Shown in pieces: positions 50,822 through 63,841 of a stretch of 64,000 nt of DNA (positions within the stretch are counted from its first letter, which is position 1; every line of letters begins with the position of its first letter). Both the position numbers and the translations under genes were made by a program. The notes beneath the pieces are model-generated. The model was not told where the DNA came from, ran no database searches, and saw nothing but the letters and a program-made list of their open reading frames with translations. Origin of the DNA: Macrostomum lignano (Eukaryota); the NCBI GenBank assembly GCA_002269645.1, contig NIVC01003384.1:1-64000 (forward strand), written 5' to 3'.

Positions 50822-53004
50822 TATCTTACCGATTGTTCGTTTTATCCATTGTTCGCGCACTCGTATGACTGTTGTATCTAATCAACGTATCTCAATACCA
50901 TGCTATTCAGTTTGCATGCGAAGTGCATTATGTTTATACAATAAGTTGGTAATTAACTAAGCTAGTTTTAACTAAGTTTTAGGAGCTGCCTACCGACTTG
51001 ACGTTCGCCTGTAAATGTTTTTGTGCTGCTTTTTTGCATCGCAAACTTTATTTGTTCTTTTGATACGCTTTGAGCCTTTTTTTGCCATGCAGTTGATTTA
51101 CATGTATCTAAAACTTTTTTATTTAATCATGTCTCGGCTTGTTTATTCAGTCCATGTACATGATAATCGTTGTACACTGCACACGTATTTCGCTACAACT
51201 ATGGATCCTACTGAAATACTGAAAGTTGTCTATATGAGCATATAAAAAAACTGCTCTTAATTTGCAGTAACTGCCTGTCTGCACAGCCACACGGATGTAA
51301 GTTCATTGGCTGCATGCAGTGTTTAATCGATGCTAGCTCGTATTTTTCAGAATTTCAACTGGTAAACATTTTATAAAATGTACAAGTACCACGTGTACTT
51401 TTATCCACAGATAAGAATCTATTAACACAGCAGCAGCTGATCTCTGGTAATAACCAATAACCGTAGAAAAATTTTTGATGCTAAGTTGATTATTAGTCAA
51501 CATATAAATACGCAATAGTGTTGAATGTACTATAAATGTATTCACTTCACGTGGCATTATATAGCCTAATTCATAGCCTAATAATTACAGCCAAGCACAT
51601 TTTCAACAATTTCATTTTTCAGATTTCTAGCCAGGAATGAGTGTACTGTACTTATGAATTTAAACAAACTTCAAACAGGCTAATACTTATTTCAAAGTAA
51701 AACAAATGTTTTTAAATTTCCTTAATTGATCATAATGATTCAATTAATGCGTTGTTGAATTGTAGTTAACAATTAAGCTGCATGACTTTCAAACATTACG
51801 TAATATACTGGACTGGTGTACAGCTAATAATAACAAAAGCATTAATTGCCTATATGTTAAGGCAAACCATTAGACAAATCCTCTTTTGAATCCCAACTAA
51901 TTTTTGCGCACCCTCCCTTCCTCCCCTATGAATCCGATGACTGCTGCCGGTCGCCCCCCTCACTCCCCCAGCGCACCAACCCCACCTCCTTTCGATTGTT
52001 CTGAAAGTTTTATGACCCACTTTTCTCCCCAAGCTTTTTCCTGCTTGTTAAGTAATCCCCCATCATAAATCATTTTTCTCCGCTGCCCCCCAGCCCTCCT
52101 CGTCCAATCACAGCGCGGCTGGCGGGTGACGTCATCAGAGTTGCTTGGTAATGGAGGTCAAGAACAAGTCACGGCCTTTAATATCATGCATCGCGTTCAC
52201 GTGATGCGTGACGCGTGATCTCAGGGCTGTCAAATACGAGCCCGTTTTAAACGCTTAGCCGCTGAGACTAGAATCGCTCACCAGCTAAAAGATCCCCCTG
52301 TCAAAAGTCCTCGTTTCCAGCACTTACTAGACTCTTCCTGTACGCCTCGCATAGAGTACCTCTATCGGCCATTTCTGGTACAGTTGGGGTCAAGACTTCG
52401 TGTACCTACAAACAACCCGGGCCGGCAGGCCCGCGCTGTCTAGATAATGGGATCTTGGCTGCAACGTCAACTACCGCACCATCCAGAGGCGGACAAAGTC
52501 TAGATCGGACGAGGCTTGGCGGCTGTACCTTTCAGCGCCATATCCCAGGGGTTTGCACAGGTGTTTTCAAGCAGCTAGCTCGGGTTACATCAATTAGTTG
52601 GTAACTTTATTCTTTCCAAGTCAATTAGCAAATAAAAGTTTCAAATGATGGCTGTTACGATCTAGAAAAGCCAGGAATACGGGGAAAGAACATATACAGG
52701 ATACCCACAGGGGATATCGCGCACTTTTTAATCGACTGCTGCTCGACCGTACATGTATGAATTCACAGCTGGTGCTGGACCTGTACCTCCGTTCTAAACA
52801 TGTTATAACATCTATTTTCTATTTGAACTGCATCTTAAAATCATAATAAAGTATAACTACATCTGTATGTAATTCATAATTCTTAAATTTTTATTTCTCA
52901 CCTGGCCTCCTGGGTCTGCCTGGCAAGTGTATGATGATGTGTATGAGTGTATCGCATTGAATGGGAAAGCTGCGTTGTGTGCATGGGGAAGCAGAATAAA
53001 GTAA

Positions 53005-54486
53005 ATGGCTAAATTCCTATATTTCCATTATTGTGAGAATCGCATTGTTAGCATTCATTTTGGCGCCGCAGGCACTCCTTTTGGCGCCGCAAGCATTCAT
53101 TTTAGCGCTGCAGGCACTCATTTTGGCGCCGCAAGCATTCATTTTAGCGCTGCAGGCACTCATTTTAGCGCCGTAGGCACTCATTTTAGCGCTGAGTAGA
53201 GATCTCCAAGCCTAATAGCCTACTAGAAGTAGTTAGATAAAAACATGAATACTATTTAAAAACTAACATGCGTCATACTCTATTTTCAGTAATACATGCA
53301 ATATCACGTAAACACCGAGTGATCATTCCATAGTCCAAAAACCGGTTTTCAACCTATATTTCCAAATTTGGTAAATGTCAATTTAAATGCGAACCAAGCT
53401 TCACCCCTTTTCTATGTAAAACCCCACCGGTCAAGAGACAAAGTCCATCTTTCGATGCTTATCAACAAAACCGGTTTGGAGCTCAAGGTCGAATGAAATC
53501 GTGTATAAATACAAGCGAAAATCCGAGCTGAAACCTCAGACTTAGAGCAGCCTTAAGAAATCTTGGGCTTAGCCAGAGCTACCAAGCAAGGCTATATCTC
53601 TGAGAGAGACAAACACCAATTGGTAAGCCTTTGTTAGAGTCTTTGTTATTTGAGTCTTTGTTATTCGATTATTGAGAGCTGCGTCATTGCCGGCCGTTAC
53701 TGATCAGTCGAATTTATTGAGTTATTGAATTTGAGGCCTCCCTATTCCTAAGGGATTGGATAGGATCCACGGACCGATTCCGATGCTCTTAGTTGGTTAC
53801 TGATTGATTTATTTTGGTACCCTAGAGTAACCGATAGGAGCACACGACTCCGATTCCGTTATTTCCAGAAGAAGACGCCCTTTCTGGAGGACCTTGTTAT
53901 TGTTATAGAGTTGACTTTGTTATTAGGGCGCATCTCTGCACTCGAGGAATATATTGACGTCGACGGACTAAGTTATTTTAAAAGCTCTCATATTCGGCCG
54001 ATTGTAGAATTCAAGAAGACTACTCCGGAGGAAAAAGATTTGAAGAGACGAGCTCGGAGAACCTGCCCGACAAATAAGAGGAGCCCGCCAAAATGAGTGC
54101 CTGCGGCGCCAAAATGAGTGCCTGCGGCGCCAAAATGAGTGCCTGCAGCGCCAAAATGAGTGCCTGCGGCGCAAAAATGAGTGCCTGCGGCGCTAAAATG
54201 AGTGCCTGCGACGCCAAAATGAGTGCCTGCGGCGCTAAAATGAGTGCCTGCGGCGCCAAAATGAGTGCCTGCAGCGCCAAAATGAGTGCCTGCAGCGCCA
54301 AAATGAGTGCCTACGGCGCCAAAATGAGTGCCTGCAGCGCCAAAATGAGTGCCTGCAGCGCCAAAATGAGTGCCTGCGGCGCAAAAATGAGTGCCTGCGG
54401 CGCTAAAATGAGTGCCTGCGACGCCAAAATGAGTGCTAACAATAAGATTCTCAAAATAAATAATGGAAATGTAGGAATTTAGTCAT
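53005..54486. mobile_element. Foldback-like element: long inverted arms built of 21-bp tandem repeats around a unique core of about 890 bp
   Basis: Left arm atggctaaattcctatatttccattatt... then (gccgcaggcactcattttggc)n, 53005-53195. Right arm (gccaaaatgagtgcctgcggc)n ...aataatggaaatgtaggaatttagtcat, 54088-54486, is its reverse complement. No convincing TSD. Confidence 0.8.
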
Positions 54487-54559
54487 ATACATGTACATGT
54501 TGAATTCTTGGAATTGTCCCTCTCCATCATAAAATCTATGGCGACGCCCCTGAAAAGGG

Positions 54560-54655
54560 AGCAAACTTCGGGCAAACGTCGGTGGGGAAACGTCGGCGGG
54601 CAAACTTCGGCGGGCAAATTTCGGCGGGCAAACTTCGGCGGGCAAATTTCGTAGA
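54560..54655. repeat. Short array of ggcgggcaaacttc-like units
   Basis: About 5 direct copies. Confidence 0.7.
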
Positions 54656-56217
54656 CCCCCCTGAATTCAAGATTAAACCAATTCAGTGTCAAAAAGTTCG
54701 GGGTTAGGTTCGGGTCACGTCGGGTTTTGCATGTGATACCCGGTTTGAAAAAATTATGTTCGGTTCCTCCAAAAAATTTCTATCCCGAACATAATAACAT
54801 AATCGCGAACAGAATATGCGATTTGAAGCTGTATCAAGATATAAAAGTCAAGATCTTGAACGATGTAGCAAGTCGCCCAGATCTGGTAAGTTTACCCAAA
54901 TATTGTCATAGCGAAAATCTTGCACCTTCTTAATTGCAAGTACTTGCGCAGCAACCCAAGAAGATAGATAAGATCTGTTAAGAATCAACTCAATTGTCTT
55001 CTAAAGGGACATTATATTGGCCTTATAGCCTCCAGCAGGACGTCCTGGTACTCACGTTGCAGGGCCCTTAGATGGGGCCAGGTGTGACCCGTTGATACGT
55101 GGAATTGCATTCTGCATGTACTTACATGTGGCTTGCTGTGCGGCGGGGCTGCAGCTCGAGAGTTCGTCGCGTGCGCTATATATATGTAGCGCTGCTGTGC
55201 GCCATCTGACGCACGCATCTAGATTTTTCTTCTTTTGAATCGCGTCTTTTACAAGTCAGAACCTTAACTCTAATTGTAATCGATATGGATTTTTTGAGTC
55301 ACATATGATTTGTTTCTCAGTTGTAGCCTTTTACTATGTGTAAAGTTTATTAATATCGCAGATCGTCGAACTATGTGCTTCTACATACGAATATCAACTA
55401 ATACAATATTTGGAATGACTACGATACTACGATCATATAAATGATTATTTTATATTTAGGTGAAACATCAAAAATCGCTTCGACTCGAAACCACAGTGAC
55501 ATATCAAGCTTAAATTTACTTTTACTTTTACTTAATTTTACTTTTTGTTAAAGTTTTACATTGATGGATGTATCAATACAAATTAGCAAGGGACCCAAAT
55601 GCGTGACACGTGAGTGAATGACGTGTTAGTGATACTAGGCGGTGCGTTGTGGCTGTGGATCTTCGTTCGATTCACTGCCTGAACCATGCATGAGTCATGA
55701 CATTATATTAACAAGTCATTTGAAGTCTAAAACTAAAACCCAACTTTCAATAACTTTTCGTTGTCATTAACCATTATCAGCTGATGGTTTTGTTGTCAGG
55801 CCCTAATACTAGGCCTAGTAACAGTTGCGTTTTATTATGTAACTAAATCTTTTCTATTCTATAGTAGTATAGTTGTAAATTTGCATTTTCTAGAAATTTC
55901 TGGCACACATTTGTGACAGCTGGCACACAATTTTTATTTGAATTTAAGTCTTGTGGTGCATTATATGCCTGAATTTTGGTATTTAGCATATACTGTCTCA
56001 CTGTCTGTATAGGCTATAGCCAGTATAGCACATAGGGCCTATAAATTTATTCAAGCAAAAAGGCTGAAACATGCCACTATTGTTTGTACAAGTTCAAAAA
56101 TCTTATTTAAGTTATAAAACAATTATTAATATTAGGTAAAAAATTAATAATAAAAAAGTTAGACCTATAGCATAGCATAAAAAATATATATATAGGCCCT
56201 AGTTGAACCATTTTTTA

Positions 56218-57041
56218 GGTATCCATGCTTTTCGGTGTCTGTGCTTTTCAGTGCCTAAATTATGTATTTTAGAATTGGATACAAAAATAGGCCTATAAAA
56301 ATTGATTGAGCCCTAATTTAGCAGTACTAGTTAAGTGATTTGTCTTTGCAGTACTTAATTACTTTAAAAAACTAAGGTATTATTCATTTTGTTCAGCTGA
56401 CCTGGTTTTTTAATTAAAAAATGGTTTTTGATTACTTGATTCAATTTACTTCCATGTTGTTAGCTGCGTCTTAGCCATGTCAAAATTTTAAACTATTGCC
56501 CCAAATGCGCTTGTAATAAAATCTTATAGATTAATGGTCCAATAGTTATGCCCCAAAAGATTTCAGCTCACAAAATAATACTTGCTTCATTTCTTAGGCC
56601 TAGGCAGTTTCATCTTTCATGAAATAAAACATGATCATGATTCAAAAATCAATACTAACTAAAATATTTAAGTTAATCAAGACTTGTCATATTTCATAAT
56701 TTCAATCAAAACTACATGTAGCATCATTGATGGATTTCAACTTTACCTAACTAAGATTTCATAGCACTAGCACACTTGCTGAGTGCAGCCAGCTTGTATT
56801 ATATATTATATGATATATACAGCAATGTATGGAATTAAATTGAGCAGAATTTTCCAAATTTAAGAAATGTGCCAGTTTAACAAAATGAATATTGCTTTTA
56901 TTAGAAATATCAAATGCTTTGTAAAGTATTTATTATATTTGTTATAGGATTTCTTTTTTATTATCATCATTTTGGCATCATAAACTGGGGCACCGAAATG
57001 CCAGGCACCAAAAAGCATGGGCACCAAAATGCATGGAAACC
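56218..57041. mobile_element. Non-autonomous DNA transposon with GG-starting TIRs and an 8-bp TSD (Merlin-like)
   Basis: 5' end ggtatccatgcttttcggtg; 3' end caccaaaatgcatggaaacc. TSD atttttta at 56210-56217 and 57042-57049. The superfamily is inferred from the GG termini and 8-bp TSD only. Confidence 0.75.
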
Positions 57042-57348
57042 ATTTTTTAAATATATTGTTATTAGCCTAAAGTGTAAATACATAAAGGATAATAGCTTTA
57101 TCAAAAAGCATGTAAATGTTTTTGTCAATTCTAAAGTAAGCTAAGGGCTAGGAGATTTCAGACTCACTGCTAGTAGCTAGCATATTTGCCTATCCAATAC
57201 ATTAGGCCTTAGGCCCCTACCTTAGGGCCTAGTAAATTTTGCCTAGGCCCTAGAATACTAGGCCTATCTATGTTTAAGACAAAAAACTTTTTGCCCATAT
57301 GCCCTAAGTCCTAAAAACTCAAATTCAAAATCTATCCCAATGCCCTAT

Positions 57349-57520
57349 CATGCTTGGGCACAACCTAGGGATTCACCCGGCCGTTTCTATTGGCAACACA
57401 CGCATGTAAGTTGCTATTGGACAGAATAGTAGTCACGTGACTGCTCTCAGCCAATAGCGACTTACATGTGTGTGTTGCCAGTGGAGACGGCCGGGTGAAT
57501 CACTAGGTTGCGCATGTATG
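57349..57520. mobile_element. 172-bp palindromic MITE, copy 1
   Basis: Near-perfect hairpin centred on gtcacgtgac. TSD tgccctat at 57341-57348 and 57521-57528. Confidence 0.88.
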
Positions 57521-58120
57521 TGCCCTATTGAAGTAGGCCTAGTCTTAATTTCTGCCTTGAAGTCTATCAAATTTAATCATTTAGTCATTTACTTCCAAAT
57601 CTATATTGCAATATTGGCCAATAAATATGCAACATGGCTTGGCTCTAGCATGCCAATTGACCACTTTGCTGTTCTTTATCATACTTTGCCCTTGACTTAG
57701 CCATATCTATCCTTGCCTTGCCCTGATTTACTCTTAAGGCTACCCTGATCTACATAGACCTGCCTTTGCCCTACTTTACCCTGCCCTGTATTGCCCCTCT
57801 TTGCTCTGCCCCAGGCTAAATTCGCCCCAAATTTTCAGTGAAAGATCCATCTTCTTGACTATACTCTATATTCTATAGAATGCATAATTGATATATATTC
57901 AAGACTAGGGCCTAGTTAGGATTGTTATTTTTATTAAAAAATAGACATTTCTCTTAAGACAAAAAATCAAAATAATTATAGATCTACACATGTTGTTATT
58001 GATCTTAATATGTATGATAATTTAGTTGTTAAAATCATATATATTTAATATTTAACCTAAATTTTTCACATATAATCAAATATTCAAATTTATAGAATCT
58101 ACTCAACTTCTAAAAATACC

Positions 58121-61100
58121 ATGGTGGAGACTAAAGAAATCACAGACATGGTATGTTTATTTTTCAATTCATTTTTTCATATCCAAAAAAGAATCAAAAG
58201 ATATTTAAAAAATCTACTATTGATATTTTAGAATCCTGCCAAGGTTGTAATCAATGAGACTGCTTCTCAAAAAGAAGAAATTGATTCTATTTCTAAGGAA
58301 TCTGATTTGATTAATCAATTGTCTGAAGCTGCTGTTAAGATTAATCTATGTGAAGCACTAGCTGGAGGCCCTGATGATGCTGAAGATGATATTGAAGAAC
58401 ATGAAGCTGTTTTTGCTGCTGCTGAGACTGAGTCAGCCAGCTATGATGAAGAACCAGTTGAACATGAGTCTGGCATACCTGCTGAAAGTGATTCTTTAAA
58501 GGTATCTATAATTTCTATCTTGCATATAGAAGATAGAAAAACTATAATCTATAAAATTTGCATCCTCAAGATTAAAAGTCATTTTTTTCTAATCTAATTT
58601 TTAGGATGTGAAACCCAAGCTATGTTTTATTTGTCAAACAGCTGTGGCTTCTCTGTTCTGCGAAAGCTGCAGTTCAGGTGAGCACTTTGGGTTTTTTAAC
58701 AAATCCACATTGAAGAATAGCCTAATATTTATAGAATTTAAATTAAAGTTAGTAAACAATAATTTAACAAAAATGAATTTCAGAGCACATTTCGACCAAT
58801 TTATGCCTGCACTGCTTTATTAAGTATCACAAAGGTGACATTAAGCATGGAGCTCGCGTGCTTTTAGCAGATGTAAGCAATTTATTGAATTTTTGGTTCT
58901 TTGTTATAAATATTACTAATATGCTGTTAATAATGTTTCCCTAGTAAATTATGTTTTAATATAGGAAATAATTAAAAATCTACAAGCTGAGATCAACGCT
59001 TTGGAGATGCCCTGCTCGCTTAGAGACTATGACAGTCTCATTGACAATAAAGTGTTTAAAAACAGGTATTTTGTTACTGTTATGCTCGTACTTGTTACGC
59101 TAAATTGATTCTTCATTAGGCTACATGTCCTTCATTAGGCTACATCTCCACTTCATTAGGCTACATCTCCACTTCATTAGGCTACATCTATCCTTCATTA
59201 GACTACATCTATCCTTCATTAGGCTACATCTATCCTTCATTAGGCTAAATTTTCCTTCATTAGGCTATATCTAGGCTACATCTATCCTTCATTAGGCTAC
59301 ATCTACCCTTCATTAGGCTACATTTACCCTTCATTAGGCTACATCTATCCCTTTTTAGGCTACATTTATCCTTCATTAGGCTACATCTAGGCTACATCCA
59401 TCCTTCATTAGGCTACCCAATCCTTCATTAGGCTACACCTATCCTTCATTAGGCTGCATCTATCCTTCATTAGGCTACCCAATCCTTCGTTAGGCTACCC
59501 AATCCTTCATTAGGCTACACCTATCCTTCATTAGGCTACATCTATCCTTCATTAGGCTACCCAATCCTTCATTAGGCTACATCTATCCTTCATTAGGCTA
59601 CACCTATCCTTCATTAGGCTCATACATGCGCAACTTTGGGAATCACCCGGCCGTTTCTATTGGCAACATACACATGTAAGTCGCTATTGGCTGAGAGCAG
59701 TCACGTGACTACTATTTCGTCCAATAGCGACTTACATGTGTGTGTTGCCAATAGAAACGGCCGAGTGAATCCCAAGGTTGCGCCCAAGCATGATTAGGCT
59801 ACATCTATCCTTCATTAGGCTACACCTATCCTTCATTAGGCTACATCTATCCTTCATTAGGCTACACCTATCCTTCATTAGGCTACATCTGTCCTTCATT
59901 AGGCTACCCAATGCTTCATTAGGCTACCCACTGCTTCATTAGGCATACATCTATTCTTCAGAAGGAACCTTCCTCCCACCCCCTAACGCTCCCCCTCAGT
60001 TACCTGGCTCTGCTCACCGAGTGCAAGGGCGTCACGGCTGAGCTGATAGGCCGAGCCCAGCGCTTCATAAACGCATTGCAAGAGCGCGACTCCGTAGAGT
60101 GCAGAGAATTGCGTAACGCTTGGCGAGAAAAAGAAGACCGATTGAAATTCGCTCGCAGTGTGCAGCAAGCCAATTGTGCCAAGGTTCAGCAGTACCAGTG
60201 CCGGCTGGCTGACGCTATCACCCGGCTAGAGAAGCTGAGAGACGGCGGCGGTCAGGGTGACGGCGAGGCTGCCGAACTCACTGATGACGGCGACTGTAGT
60301 GGTTTGCTGGAACAGCTGACCAATATTTATCAAGTAAGCTGGCTTCCTGCGGGGTTGGGATCTGATTCCCCGTAGTTGGGATCTGATTCCCCGTAGTTGG
60401 GATCTGATTCCCCGTAGTTGGGATCTGATTCCCCGTAGTTGGGATCTGATTCCCCGTAGTTGGGATCTGATTCCCCGTAGTTGGGATCTGATTCCCCGTA
60501 GTTGGGATCTGATTCCCCGTAGTTGGGATCTGATTCCCCGTAGTTGGGATCTGATTCCCCGTAGTTGGGATCTGATTCCCCGTAGTTGGGATCTGATTCC
60601 CCGTAGTTGGGATCTGATTCTCCGTAGTTGGGATCTGATTCCCCGTAGTTGGGATCTGATTCTCCGTAGTTGGGATCTGATTCCCCGTAGTTGGGATCTG
60701 ATTCCCCATAGTTGGGATCTGATTCTCCATAGCTAGGATCTGATTCCCCGTAGCTAGGATCTGATTCCCCGTAGCTAGGATCTGATTCCCCGTAGCTAGG
60801 ATCTGATTCCCCGTAGCTAGGATCTGATTCCCCACAGTTGGGATCTGATTCCCCACAGTAGGGATCTGATTCCCTACAGTTGGAAACTAATTCCCCACAG
60901 TAGGGATCTGATTCCCCACAGTTGGAGACTAATTCCCCACAGTAGGGATCTAATTTACCATACTTAGGATTTAATTCAAACAGTTCGCACAAAAATCCGC
61001 TGCAACCCTCAGTCCAAGCCGCAGCCGCAGCAGCAGCCAGTTCTGTCCCCAGACGAGCCGCTGCTTCTCATACAGTTTGCCGCTCCCAGCAACCTAGCTG

Positions 61101-63841
61101 ATCTGCTGGACCGATTCTCCTCAGTTTGCAGCGAAATCGAGCAAGTATTCAGCGTCCCCTATACTCGCCATCCGGTCAGCTCCGGTACCCTGGTGAGCCG
61201 TGGCTCCTCTCTGCTAACCGGATTGCCAACCTCCGTGTCACCGGGCGACACTCTCACCTATCGATTGATTGACAGTCGCGTATTGGGCTACGGTCTGTTC
61301 GGCGCCGCTCTGGATCATCCTCATCGGTCCTGCCTGTTGCGGGCTATGGCTACTGATGTCTCGCTTAAATTAGCTAGCGGCCAATTGAATCTATCCAATC
61401 AATTATTGTCTGGCTATGTACCGAAGATTGGCGACCAAGTGTTGGCTAGGTGCGAGGGCTTCTGGCGTCGCGGTCGGGTGGCTTATTCTCACGATTCGGG
61501 CTTTTCATCTGCTAATAGCGGCCTTACCTATTGGGGAGTGCAGCTAACTGATATGGCTCGGATTGAGAAGGTTGCGTCCAATGATATCATCGATGTTAGC
61601 AGGTTAGTGTTCTTTTTTAGCCCGTGTTTTAACTACCTAGAACGTTCAGATCCTTCAGGTTCAGCTCTGATGCTTCAGGTTGAGCTCAGATCCTTCAGGT
61701 TGAGCTCAGATCCTTCACGTTCAGCTCCAATGCTTCAGGATCAGCTCCAATGCTTCAGGATCAGCTCCAATGCTTCAGGATCAGCTCCAATGCTTCAGGT
61801 TGAGCTCCAATGCTTCAGGTTGAGCTCCAATGCTTCAGGTTCAGCTCCAATGCTTCAGGATCAGCTCCAATGCTTCAGGTTGAGCTCCAATGCTTCAGGA
61901 TCAGCTCCAATGCTTCAGGATCAGCTCCAATGCTTCAGGATCAGCTCCAATGCTTCAGGTTGAGCTCCAATGCTTCAGGTTGAGCTCCAATGCTTCAGGA
62001 TCAGCTCCAATGCTTCAGGATCAGCTCCAATGCTTCAGGTTCAGCTCCAATGCTTCATGTCCAGTTCCAATGCTTCAGGATCAGCTCCAATGCTTCAGGT
62101 TGAGTTCCAATGCTTCAGGATCAGCTCCAATGCTTCAGGTTGAGCTCCAATGCTTCAGGTTGAGCTCCAATGCTTCAGGTTGAGCTCCAATGCTTCAGGT
62201 TGAGCTCCAATGCTTCAGGTTGAGCTCCAATGCTTCAGGATCAGCTCCAATGCTTCAGGATCAGCTCCAATGCTTCAGGATCAGCTCCAATGCTTCAGGT
62301 TGAGCTCCAATGCTTCAGGATCAGCTCCAATGCTTCCGCTTTAGCTCTGGTGTCTTATTATTGATATGCCATTTAGTACTTAAACCACTTATAACAAAAT
62401 CTTTTAAGTTATTAACACAAGCCCTCATTAACCTGAAATCCCCGTAGTACCCCAAACGGTTACGGCCGTTTCCCGGACATTCCTCAGCTGGCTATTCTCG
62501 CCTGCCTAGTTGAACCGTGCGAAAAGAGCCCGTTCGAGGACAGGGCTTGGCTGGCCCGCTGGCTGGCTGATCGCGGCGTCGACTTGCCCGACTGCGGCGG
62601 TGCAACGGCCGTCAAGCAGGACGACTTTGATGACGCTGCCAAGGGGCCGCCGGTTAGGATTCGGATCGTACGACAGATTGAATTCCGCCAGAAGTTGGCG
62701 CACCTGGTGCAGCTGTGGCCCTGCGGCACGGACGAGAGCGACAAGGATAAGGTTTGTGCGGTTTATTTAGCGACATCTTCGACATCATTCATCGACTCAT
62801 TTACCGACATATTCATCGACTCATTTTATCGACATATTCATCAACTCATTTACCGACATATTCATCGACTCATTTACCGACATATTCAATCATCGACTCA
62901 TTTACCGACATATTCATCGACTCATTTACCGACATATTCATCGACTCGTTTACCGACATATTCATCGACTCATTTATCGACATATTCTTCGACTCATTTA
63001 CCGACAGATTCATCGACTCTTTACCGACATATTCATCAACTCATTTATCGACATATTCTTCGACTCATTTATCGACATATTCTTCGACTCATTTACCGAC
63101 AGATTCATCGACTCATTTACCGACAGATTCATCGACTCATTTACCGACATATTCATCGACTCATTTACCGACATATTCATCGACTCATTTACCGACATAT
63201 TCATCGACTCATTTACCGACATATTCATCGACTCATTTACCGACATATTCATCGACACATTTACCGACATATTCATCGACTCATTTACCGACAGATTCAT
63301 CGACTCATTTACCGACATATTCATCGACTCATTTACCGACATATTCATCGACTCATTTACCGACATATTCATCGACACATTTACCGACATATTCATCGAC
63401 TCATTTACCGACATATTCATTGACTCATTTACCGACATATTCATCGATTCATTTACCGACATATTCATCGACACATTTACCGACAGATTCATCTACTCAT
63501 TTTATCGACATATTCATCGATTCATTTGTCGACATATTCAACAACGTCGACTAATTTTATCGACATATTCGACCTACTCGTAGATATAAATTGACTTAAG
63601 TATTAATCGATATGTATATATGGATTTTCAGCATTATATTAAGCGACAATTTGATGGATAAGTAAATCAAGCAAACTCAAAACAATCCTCCAGATCCAAG
63701 CCTGCTCAATCGACTTTGCAAACGAGTTGGAGCGTCAAAAGGAGGCTCAGGCAGCCGCGTCTCAGTCTGTCTGCCGCGACATCCGACTTGGCACGGATCC
63801 CACTGTCAGCTGCTCCAGGGCCATGTGCAATGCCCCAGCTG
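58121..63841 (+). CDS. B-box / coiled-coil / extended-Tudor protein (RNF17/Qin-like architecture); 3' end lies beyond the window
   Basis: Phase-consistent exons 58121-58150, 58232-58501, 58605-58677, 58784-58872, 58965-59065, 60000-60333, 61013-61602, 62448-62751, 63694-63841. B-box-like CFIC...CESC...CLHC..YH....H; helical coiled-coil region; Tudor-like PKIGDQVLARCEGFWRRGRV...VQLTDMARIEKV followed by FPDIPQLAILACL. Confidence 0.75.
59112..59945. repeat. Intronic minisatellite, 21-bp unit ttcattaggctacatctatcc, interrupted by MITE copy 2
   Basis: Direct tandem copies. Confidence 0.93.
59621..59792. mobile_element. 172-bp palindromic MITE, copy 2 (inverted relative to copy 1)
   Basis: Reverse-complement match to 57349-57520, same length. 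Flanked by attaggct at 59613-59620 and 59793-59800. Confidence 0.88.
60352..60955. repeat. Intronic minisatellite, 21-bp unit gttgggatctgattccccgta
   Basis: Direct tandem copies. Confidence 0.95.
61645..62340. repeat. Intronic minisatellite, 20-bp unit cagctccaatgcttcaggat
   Basis: Direct tandem copies. Confidence 0.95.
62785..63570. repeat. Intronic minisatellite, 24-bp unit atcgactcatttaccgacatattc
   Basis: Direct tandem copies. Confidence 0.95.

Noticed and set aside
53416-53620. Possible LTR (tgtaaaacccc...cacca) followed by a TGG primer-binding site
   Set aside because: The sequence after TGG matches no tRNA 3' end I can recall, and there is no second LTR or gag/pol homology.
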